DNA of 64,000 nt from Eledone cirrhosa (Eukaryota), in NCBI GenBank assembly GCA_964016885.1, contig OZ024740.1:208258001-208322000 (forward strand), given 5' to 3'. Made by a program: the position numbers and the translations under genes. Positions 52,820-64,000 of the stretch are shown one piece after another. Position 1 is the stretch's first letter. Each line of letters opens with the position of its first letter. The notes beneath the pieces are model-generated. The model was given only the letters and a program-made list of their open reading frames with translations. It was not told the origin of the DNA and did not search any database.

Positions 52820-53135
52820 TGACCAGATTTAATGGGGTGCAAAGGAAACAATTGCGACGGGCCCCTTGCAATGGCTGGCCCCACCAGCGACGACCGTAGC
52901 ATTTTATTTATGCCCTCAGCTGGGCCCTTTATTGTGAGACTTTTTTTAATTTTAATTTTTTTAATTGAAAAGTTATATATACATATAACTTTTTCAATTC
53001 CAATTACTTGAGCCAAGCTAACTTTGATATGTAAAACTCGGGGGGGGGGGCTGTTCATTATAGTTTTTTGTGTATGGGGGAGCCCTCCCCAGACCTCAAG
53101 TGCCCCGTGCCCCCAAGGGCTAAATCCAACCTTCG
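52820..53135 (+). mobile_element. hAT-like MITE
   Basis: GACCAGATTTAATGGGGTGCAAAGG...TAAATCCAACC; paralogue of 25190-25492. Confidence 0.6.
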
Positions 53136-53165
53136 CTAGAGACATATATATATATACATACATAA

Positions 53166-53296
<131 letters not shown>

Positions 53297-53630
53297 AATA
53301 CATATATATATATTCCGATGATTTGATTAGGCATACACTGTATTGAAGGTTGAGTGACACAACTTCAAGTGATTAGCAATCTTTAGACACCCTAATCAAT
53401 GAAATAATTGTTAATACTGTAAATAAAAGCCTTTTTGTACTGTTGACCATGTTATTCTTCACTCTTTCACTACTATTACTCCCAGATTAACCTGCATAGG
53501 AATTCCCGGAACTCACTACCTAACTAAGGAAACCTCTTGTTCAGTCAAACAACGCCGTACGTTAAAACTATCCATAGTACAGAGTACTCACAACCTCTAA
53601 CTGGATTACCTATAACTATAACTTGTTATC

Positions 53631-53728
<98 letters not shown>

Positions 53729-54263
53729 TTATAGAAAATAAAGAATATATCTATGTGTACGTATGTGCGGGTGTGTGTGTCCATGTCCGGCCAAATACGT
53801 ATGTGATCGGGAGCTCTGGGTGTCTGTGTGTGAGCACACGCATGTGTGGGTGGGTGTATGTCGAGGTACGGGACATGCAAGGCAGATTACCACCCACCCC
53901 CACCCCTGTCCATATAACAGTAATTCTGGCGGCAGAATTGAGGTTGAGTGACAGTCCACGCCTAAATGGAAATAGACAAATGGGGAAAATGATGATGACA
54001 AATGGAGAAAACTCAAAGGGACAGAATAGCATCAGCCGGAAGATTTGCCTCGAAGTCGCTAGACGTATCTGGGGAACTTGCGAATCCAGAGTCAGGTTCG
54101 ATCCACAAATAGATCGTACCTCGAGCTGTTCGCTGGAGAAACAATTGTAATACGTTAATAAATTGATTCTTCGTTTTCTATGATATTATACTCTTCTCCG
54201 AAGGAGCATAGAGTGCTCAACCGGCATACCCCCTATGGACGCATCAAAGCAATCTTACAGCAA

Positions 54264-54384
<121 letters not shown>

Positions 54385-54395
54385 GGGGGGGGGTG

Positions 54396-54444
<49 letters not shown>

Positions 54445-54502
54445 GTGTGTGTGTGTTTGTGTGTGTGTGGGTGTATATATATATATGTATATATATGTAT
54501 AT

Positions 54503-55025
54503 ATTTGAAATAATGAAATCTAAGGATATCCTATTAAATAAGCGACAGGAATTAATAATATCGTGTAATCATAAACTGAGAAAAACCTTTAAATATTATA
54601 AACCTAATTAATATACACTTTAGAAATTAATATATAAATTATTTTTAATTTAGTTAACCTATAATTAATATTCTACTACTGATGAACTACATAATTCTGC
54701 TTTAAATATTATAAACCTAATTAATATACACTTTAGAAATTAATATATAAACTATTTTTAATTTAGTTAACCTATAATTAATATTCTACTACTGATGAAC
54801 TACATAATTTTGCTTTCCTTCTTACAAATATCATTTCCTAAAACTGATACCATTAAGTAAACATATATAATGCTTTAACTTCAGGTTATGACTCTATGTT
54901 CCTTGAAAACTATATATATTTATTATTTCTCACTAATAAATTTAATCCCCCCCCCAATAATTATATGTATATATAAGTGTGTATGTGTGTGTATATATAT
55001 GTGTATGTATGTATATATGCATGTA

Positions 55026-55064
<39 letters not shown>

Positions 55065-56045
55065 ATATATATATATATATATGTGTGTGTGTATGTGTGT
55101 GTGTGTATGTGTATATATATGTATATATATATATATATATAAGTGTATATATATATATATATGTGTATGTGTATATATATGTATATATATATATAAGTAT
55201 ATATATATATATATATTATTTTTATATTCTTTTAATTTCCCCTCATCTTTAACAGCACTTTTCAACTGCATCTAACTCTTATTTATCATATCTATATGTA
55301 TTAGTATAATTTTATCAATATAAATATACCCATCAATTAAATTAATTTATATTCTTTTCATAGATGTATTTTTTTCACTAACATTCTTATCTTAAAACTT
55401 TAGTCACCTTAGATATTTGTATTGGCATTACTATTTTATAACAGCAACTGCTTGTATACCTTTTACTGACCACCTGACCTATTTTCACCCCTAAAATAAG
55501 CTTCAATTACTACTATTTTACCATTTGGCCAATTATTAACTTTCTATTGGTTAATTCTAAACCTCTTACCAAACAGACAGAATATATTAGATCTTTGTTG
55601 GTTTTATTCAATGAACAAATAAAATTATTCCTGAGGTCAGCATAAGACCGATTTCTTCCCTAAAATAATCCTTCATTCATAATATTCTTTTCCATCCAAA
55701 ACTGAAATCTACCTTCCTCTACCCATAATTTAAGGTTCTTCTACTACTATATTACTATCTTGACCCTCACTATCTCTCTATTGGTCAATTCAAAACCTGT
55801 TCCCAAACAGACCTATTGTATTGAATCTTTGTTTTTTTCAATAAACAAATATCATTATTTCTGAAGACAGCATATATATGTGTAGGTATGTATATTCCCT
55901 CTGATAGTTTGTATAAATATTGTACATAGATCTATAGAATATGCATACCAACTCTAACACATATATATCCTAGAAACGATCGTAAAATGATGAATTTTTT
56001 TAATATAAGGAACTGTTTCTTTGTTTATTCATTATTTTATTAATT
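54503..56045 (+). mobile_element. Naiad-type PLE extreme 3' end plus UTR/pLTR
   Basis: LLNKRQELIISCNHK GIY-YIG tail; internal ~113-bp duplication (54590-54700 / 54703-54813); HHR at 55852. Confidence 0.6.
55852..55993 (+). ncRNA. Type I hammerhead with very long stem II
   Basis: TCATTATTT-CTGAAGA-[ATATATATGTGT/ACACATATATAT and GGTATGTATATTC/GAATATGCATACC]-GAAA-CGATCG-TA^AAATGATGA. Confidence 0.75.
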
Positions 56046-56106
<61 letters not shown>

Positions 56107-56107
56107 G

Positions 56108-56859
<752 letters not shown>

Positions 56860-57054
56860 AAAATAACCGGAGGCAGGTTCTGGTGTAAATCCTTGAAAGG
56901 TTTATTATACTATGATGATTTCAATGACCGGGTTCAGTATGAATTCGGTGACATCATCGGGTAATTCAAAATATAACAAAGGAATATAGCAGATAAAAAT
57001 CCTTGGTGTTTAAATCAGAGACGAGACAAGATAAATATATATATATAATAAATA

Positions 57055-57143
<89 letters not shown>

Positions 57144-57190
57144 TCTCTTTCTCCACCCAATTCTTTTTATCCCAATAACTTATTTTAGTT

Positions 57191-57272
57191 ATTGTTCGCG
57201 CTAGCCTGAGGTATCTGGTCTTTAATGCGAAGAAATACCTATGATGGCTAGTAGACCACTGATGGATAGTCC
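57191..57272 (+). ncRNA. Pseudoknotted kink-turn/hammerhead-core motif (copy B)
   Basis: TTCGC-g-CTAGCC-TGA-GGTAT-C-TGGTCT-ttaat-GCGAA-GAA-ATACC-TAT-GAT-GGCTAG-t-AGACCA-CTGATGG. Confidence 0.6.
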
Positions 57273-57738
57273 TATTTCTAATTCTTCATTTTAATTTGTA
57301 TATCACACAGCACGCCATTTTTCATTCCTATATGCTTTCCCCTTCGCTGTGACCTGTCTTTTTCTCTTCCCTTACTGCTATCCTCTTTCTCTCTCCCCCT
57401 TCTCTCTCCTCCCTCTTACTTTCATTCACCCCCTCTGCTAGTCACCCTCTCTCGGCTAGCCTCTTCCTCACACTTTCCCTCACTCACTCTCTGCTACTCA
57501 CCCTCTCTCTCCTCCTCCATTGTCCCACACCGTGCGTAATTTTTTCCTCGCTTACTTTCGCATGGTTGGGATGTGTCTCTCGTCTTCTCGTCAATATTCG
57601 CAAGTTCTTATGTTGAAATGAATCACTGACTTGATTTTCTCATTTTTTCCTCTCTTTACGTTGCCTCACCATTCGTGTTTGTTTACCTGTCTCTCTTTCT
57701 CCACCCAATTCTTTTTATCCCAATAACTTATTTTAGTT

Positions 57739-57823
57739 ATTGTTCGCGCTAGCCCGAGGTATCTGGTCTTTAATGCGAAGAAATACCTATGATGGCTAGT
57801 AGATCACTGATGATGGATAGTCC
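57739..57823 (+). ncRNA. Pseudoknotted kink-turn/hammerhead-core motif (copy C)
   Basis: As copy B, ending AGATCA-CTGATGA-tGGAtagTCC. Confidence 0.6.
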
Positions 57824-58029
57824 TATTTCTAATTCTTCATTTTAATTTGTATATATATATATATATACATAGACATACATACAAACATACACACACATAT
57901 GTATATGTATATATATATATATGCATCACACACACATACACACGTATATAACACACACGCATATACATATATATATATACATATATATATACACATATGC
58001 ACATACATATATATGTACATATATACACA

Positions 58030-58075
58030 CATATACAGACATACACATACACATGTATACACATACATACACACA

Positions 58076-58108
<33 letters not shown>

Positions 58109-59080
58109 TAAAAAATAATACGTACATACATACAAAAGCATTTATAAAATGCAAGCATAATGTTCCGTGCAAATTTATGCGTGTATATACACATTTTACG
58201 TCCATATTAAAACATTTTTCATTCTGATGAGCGATTACACACACACACATATATATTTATTTTTCTCGTTTTGGAAGCCTCAACAATGCAGATGGGTAAA
58301 TCTCCGGATAACAGAATCCGGTGGTGAAGAGAGAGATGTAAGGGAATGTAGAATGAGATGTATAGTGTGTAGGAAAAGCGTAAAAATAAAAATAATAACA
58401 CAAGATTGAGTTACCTTGGGAGAGATTTAATTATCCCTATATTTCGGATTCGAATCCATCAACTGGGGGGTTTTCGGGGGGGGGGGTTATCTGAAGGAGG
58501 GGAACGGTACGTGTCCTCTGCTGTCCGCTGTTTTTGACTAACTGGGGTATTCTGTAGAGCGCACGTGCGCGCGGAATAGGTGCGGTCAAGCAAAGGTCGA
58601 AGCAGTTCTTTTTATTGTGGGAGTGGGATGGCGTTAGCTGTCAATCTATTGTACTATCTATATGTACTGGTTTTTGATACTAGCATGGTAGTAGTCTGCC
58701 TGGTTGCTTGTTGGTCGGTGGAGGCGGTGCTAAACACACAATAACAATCGTTCGAATGCCACTGTGTGTGTGTGCGTGTGTTGTTGTCTCGTTTGTTTAT
58801 ACCAGCCACCTCATCTCGCTTCTCTCGGATCGGTTATTTATTTGTAGCCCTAGGTATTTTATCCAAAGTGCTTCCTTGATTCGTAACGTAATCGCTCATC
58901 AGAATGAAAAATAGTATTTATATGGACGTAAAATGTGTATATACACGCATAAATTTGCACGCAACATTATGTTTGCAGTTTATAAATGCTTTTGTATTTA
59001 TGTGCGTATTATTTTTTATGTGTGTGTGTGTATATATATATTGTGTGTATGTATGTGTATGTCTGTATATGTGTGTATAA
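58030..59080. repeat. Inverted repeat (~190-bp arms) downstream of the 59.8-kb PLE
   Basis: ~58050-58238 is the reverse complement of ~58888-59075, including CATTCTGATGAGCGATTAC. Confidence 0.75.
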
Positions 59081-59766
59081 TTTTTTTATATAATTAACTG
59101 TCAAAACTCTTAATTTAAAAACAGAATTATTTTCTAGCTGCAGACATCGCCAAAATTCCACTTTTAGAAGTATTTTTAATCTATGATATTCATTACACTT
59201 GACTATATCTTATACACCTTTAAAATGATCTTATTATTTACTGAGACTTTCTTTAAAATTTAAAAAAAATTTTAATGATCTTCCTGATACTCTTCTTAAT
59301 CTATTTTTTAGAAGTAGATTGGTAATCTTTAATTGACATTCTGAAAGATATCCTCTTTACGATAGTTCTTCGAAATGCATAATACTTTTTTCCTCTTTTT
59401 AATCTTCAAACTTTTCACACATCTTATATATATATATACAGATTGTGCAGAGAGAGTTGAAGTTTTTTATGACAGGATAGGGGGTTGCATAATATATACT
59501 GGAGTAATTGGTGATACATACACGGTTGTTTGCTATTTAGTTGGTGTTGTATATTGAGAGTATGTTAGAGTGTCTATATTATTTAATTATTTTAATTGTA
59601 TAAGGAAAGGGATCGAACAAGGGGTTTATTGACAGTATGTAGGTTAGTGTGATCTTTTAATTAAGGTGTAGTCCTATATTTATGAAGATCTAATTGGATA
59701 AATTAAAAGATGGCGATCTAGTGTTATCTCCGACATTGGTTTTTATTTTTATTATTATTATTATTA

Positions 59767-61325
59767 TTAGTTACTAGGTTTGAAGCAGTGGAAAGAGAAT
59801 CTATAGTAATGCGGACACCTGGAGTAGATCTCTGGTTTCCTATTTAGCAGGCTAAGATTAGAGTGAATAATATTTCTAGACTCGAGGATGCAAAGGTTAC
59901 AAAATTTGTTAGGTGGTCTATATGAAGGGGCCTTAGTTATCACTTCCCATTTTAAGGTGTATGGTATATTACTTGATTTTAATGAGTGTATGTATGTGGA
60001 TAGTGAGGTTACGTTGCTAAGTTTAGGGTTTCTGAACGAATGAAGGTGCGAATTATATATGGTCTTAAAGCTATTCGATGTTGAGCCTATATATACTTTC
60101 GAGATGTGATTAGCGGTTACAGTACCAGAGTAGATAATGTCTTTAATAAAGCAGTTCTTACTTAATGAGCATGTCTTGTTAGGTCTACAATTACAATTGT
60201 TTTGCTCACTAGTATACTGGTTAAGGGGGTATGCATTTGAGTGGTTGTTTCTGTTTCTACTTCTAGTATTATGATTATGGTAAGTATTATTATTATTGGT
60301 ATTATTAGTATGACTTGCTGTATGGTCCTGTACTGTGTTATTGTTCGGGTTATTTCTATGCTGGACATTATTACTTTGGTGTAATCTGAAGTACTTTTTA
60401 ATCTTTCTCTTGTTGGTGCTGGCTATATGGTCTGCTATGTTAGGTGTGGTGGAGTAGGAGATGTTAATGGTATTTTTGTTAAATAGGTTGTGGTATTTAT
60501 GGTTAATTGGGAAGTTTTTGTCTAGAAGAGAGAAGAAAGCTTTAAGTGTGTTTGTTGAGACATTTAAGTTGAACGGAGGATTAAAAAATGTGTTACTTCT
60601 TCTTCTATTCCTCTTATGGTTGTTATTCATACTATTGTTTAGTGTGGTGTTAGGTACCTTCTTATCTATATTTTTCTTTCTGTAGTTTTTCTCAGGATTA
60701 TTACTGTGGTGTGATTTAACTTTTTTGATGCCCTCTAGGAGTCGGGGTTTTCAATACTATGATCATATTTAATTTTATTCATGGCCATGTTGTGTGAAAT
60801 TATATTAGATTGTCTATGGGTTTTTGACGATTTAGGTTTAAATTTAATTTTATATCTATGGCCGGAACGAGCTAAGGCGTCCTTATAGTATTGGGAGTTA
60901 CGGTTAAACGTATTCTCGTTGTAAGGAAGACTAGAGATTCTATTAGATACCCCTTTAATAATTGAGGCCAATACAGATTTAGGGTGGTTAAAGTCGGTAT
61001 TAACATAGAAAAGTTTTTCATTAGGTTTATGATAAGGTGTATATTTTTTAGAGTCTAAGTAGAGAGTAACGTCCAGGAAATTAAGATTTTTTATGTTTTT
61101 ATCTAAAGTGATATCTAAGTTGTAGTTTTAAAATATTTTATGTAATTGCTTTCTAGTTCTTTCTATATTAAATTTGTTTAAGTCTAAGAGGAAAACTGCG
61201 TCGTCTCGATAGAGACCACCGTTAAGGTAAGGTAGGTTCTTATGTATTTCGTTTAAGAGAAATAGACCAACTAAGTCGGTTACCTGTGCCGAGTCGCTAG
61301 ATCCCATGGTGATATCAAAGTTGTA
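59767..61325 (-). mobile_element. Penelope-like element (Naiad-type), 5'-truncated
   Basis: FDITMGSSDSAQVTDLVG, GGLYRDD, NFLDVTL, FNPPFN, CNCR..C.L..CF, YIGST, CNLCILE, CPH. Confidence 0.85.
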
Positions 61326-61593
61326 CCCTAAATGTTCTGAATGACTAGGATTTTAGTCACATGTTTCGACATTCCCTATGCTCCGATGATCCCAGACTTC
61401 CCTCTGGAAGAAACAATTGTCAGCAAATAAATGTTCTAAGCTAAAATTTGATCTTTTTAACACTTTGTATCTTGGCTCTGTAAAACACTTGAAAATTTGC
61501 ATTGAGCCTTTCGTCATACCGGTAACATGCTAGTACTTAGTACTATCCTCCATATTTATATTTGTATTAAACATATATAAATATAAATATTCT

Positions 61594-61685
<92 letters not shown>

Positions 61686-61834
61686 AAAAAAGGATGAAAT
61701 CGAAAATGCAACTGGAGCCTTATTTTTTAAAAATAAAACTCCAGTTGCATTTTCGATTTCATCCTTTTTTTCTTTATGCGTTCACTCGTGTAGGACACCT
61801 TGGTTATTTTTCATTTTGTAAAAAAAAACCTCAC

Positions 61835-61918
<84 letters not shown>

Positions 61919-62046
61919 TACTTTTCCAAATAACCTTACGTTCTATTTTTTTCCGTTATTTTCTTTTGCATTATATATCGCCCTCGCTTTCAATTGTTTT
62001 AGCCATTCTTTTTTAAATTCATATTTTACGTTCATATTAAAAATAT

Positions 62047-62119
62047 TTTCATTCTGATGAGCGATTTCAGATGTCTGTGCAGAGCTCGTCTGTCTTCGTG
62101 AAACCTTTGGTAAATGGAA
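62047..62119 (+). ncRNA. Type I hammerhead
   Basis: TTCATT-CTGATGA-GCGA..CAGATG..CGTCTG..TCGT-GAAA-CCtttGG-TA^AATGGA. Confidence 0.75.
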
Positions 62120-62202
62120 TAATTTTCTTGTGTTGTTTATTACATAACTAAATAACTCTGTAGCTTACATAGAGCACTCTCCTTTCCTTTACCCTTCCTA
62201 CG

Positions 62203-62248
<46 letters not shown>

Positions 62249-62526
62249 CACAAAGAATAAAGATTAACTGGGATTTAAATTAAGTCATTTAAATGATTTA
62301 CGATAGATCGTTAAACTAACCAGAATATTCCAATCCTGTTAGAATAATCTCATTGGACTTTAAAATGTTTGCCTTTTTATGGTTCTATTATCAACACATT
62401 TAAACTCGTAGATATATATATATTGCAAGAGATGTGAACATGAATGGACCTGTTATTTTTATCTAAAGACATGTTTTCCAATTCCAACCCGCACGTCCCA
62501 TCAATCTATCTTATTTCTCATTCATT

Positions 62527-62560
62527 CTTCTGATGAAGGACAAACGTTCGAAACGTTAAG
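62527..62560 (+). ncRNA. Minimal type I hammerhead
   Basis: CTT-CTGATGA-aGGACaaacGTTC-GAAA-CG-TT^AAG. Confidence 0.65.
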
Positions 62561-62680
62561 TCCCTCTTCCTGCTATATCAAGCGTTAACCTAATATATCC
62601 CTTCCATATACTATACCGATTGTGTTGTTATTTTTGTTGTTCTTTTACACACACACACACATACACACACACACACACAG

Positions 62681-62758
<78 letters not shown>

Positions 62759-62807
62759 ATATATGTATATATATATATATATATATATACGTATGTACGT
62801 ATGTATG

Positions 62808-64000
62808 TTCTTCTGGTTTTATAATTTCACAAATTTTTTTCCCAATAGAGAGAGAGTCGGTTTCTAACATAGGCACAAGACTCTTTCATTGGAATTTACA
62901 CAACATCAACTAGGTAGATTATGTGTGCATGCATGTGTAGATATGGATGTTATTGTATGTGTGGATGTGGATGTTTTGAGTTGTATGTGTGCATGTGTAT
63001 ATGCTTTGTATCTGTACATGTGTATATGCAGTTATTAGATGCAAAATGTTTGGAATGTTTTACATATTTTTACTTTTCCATTAGTGGATTGTACTTGTAA
63101 TTTCCTAACTAGTTGTGTTCTTTCTGTTCCTGTGAAGCCTAGCTTCTCGAGATTTGTAGCAGTTACTAACATACCCCAGTGCCCCAATAATCACAGGCAT
63201 AAATCTGAATGTGTAATCAGGGTGGAGTATCTGCAGATTTCTCATCAGTTCTGCATAAATATTCTCCTTTTCGCTAATCTTTGATATTATGTTGGCATCT
63301 GCTGGGCAGCTAATATCCACTACTGTGCATGCTTTCTTCTCCCTGTCCCATATCATAATATCGGGTCTGTTATGCCTGCATTTTATTGGGTTTTTTACTG
63401 GAACATTCCACCAGTACTCTTTCATATTATGTACATGGATGTCTTCCACATTGCTGTAGCTTTTAATGTGTTTATTATCGGGGCTATCTTTTTTACGAAG
63501 TGCATTGTAAAGTGTTTTGGCCACTACATCATGCCTCATAGGTAGATAGTACAGCGATGACATCTTTGGACAGCTGCTGATGACATGGATGATATCTTCG
63601 AGGTTAGTTCTGCAGAGTCTGCACTTGTTATCACATCTAGGTGTTTTGCCTGCCTCACTATCTCTTTTGTGAATCAGGTATTTCCTGTTAATTTCCTGTT
63701 CTTGGATTGCAAAAGCGTATCCTTCAACGTGGGAGCCAATATAGCGGTTGTTGGTCCAAGATAGACTACTTTCCCTATTTATATCACTCTCACTCTGGAG
63801 CTTCCTGGCAACATATCCATGCATAATTTTTTGCTGATAAGCATGCAGTTTTTCATGCATGGATTCACTGCGATACTGCTGAACGACTTCCCTGGGTGTG
63901 AATTTTTGATTATCACACAGGGAATATCTCTCGAGGAGTTCATTCTCAATTCTCATGATCATATCTGTTTCATGCAGATAGACTTGCTCGAGAGACGGGT
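62808..64000 (-). mobile_element. R4/Dong-clade element 3' portion, same family as 41467-45520 (runs off the window)
   Basis: ORF 63105-63962 is nearly identical to the 44.4-45.3-kb protein; same 3' UTR ending CCAGAAGAA followed by CATACATAC. Confidence 0.92.

Larger units (their letters stand above)
57143..57854 (+). mobile_element. ORF-less element with ~160-bp terminal direct repeats (period 548) carrying a structured RNA motif
   Basis: 57143-57303 is repeated at 57691-57854; CT-rich interior; (TA)n on both sides. Confidence 0.75.

Overview
AT-rich, microsatellite-saturated animal genomic DNA, probably octopus, inferred from about 9 copies of an OR/OK-type tRNA-derived SINE; the taxon is not proven. 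It looks like large introns of an unidentified minus-strand gene, of which only small candidate exons are visible. Almost all long ORFs are decayed transposons: Penelope-like elements (PLEs; Neptune- and Naiad-type RT/GIY-YIG), three R4/Dong-clade restriction-like-endonuclease LINEs, a Tx1/L1-clade LINE, RTE LINEs, a Chapaev3-type DNA transposon, mariner and hAT MITEs, and Helitron pieces. Most other ORFs in the track are translated microsatellites. The strongest hidden signal is RNA-structural. There are about 15 type-I hammerhead ribozyme (HHR) motifs, including U3-A8 and position-4 core variants. There is an ORF-less ~446-bp HHR-bearing tandem unit that resembles a retrozyme. There is also a three-copy, covarying, pseudoknotted RNA motif with a kink-turn and hammerhead core strands in a non-standard order, two copies of which form the terminal repeats of a 548-bp-period ORF-less element. 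All folding and alignment were done by eye, and element boundaries are approximate unless a TIR or TSD is quoted.
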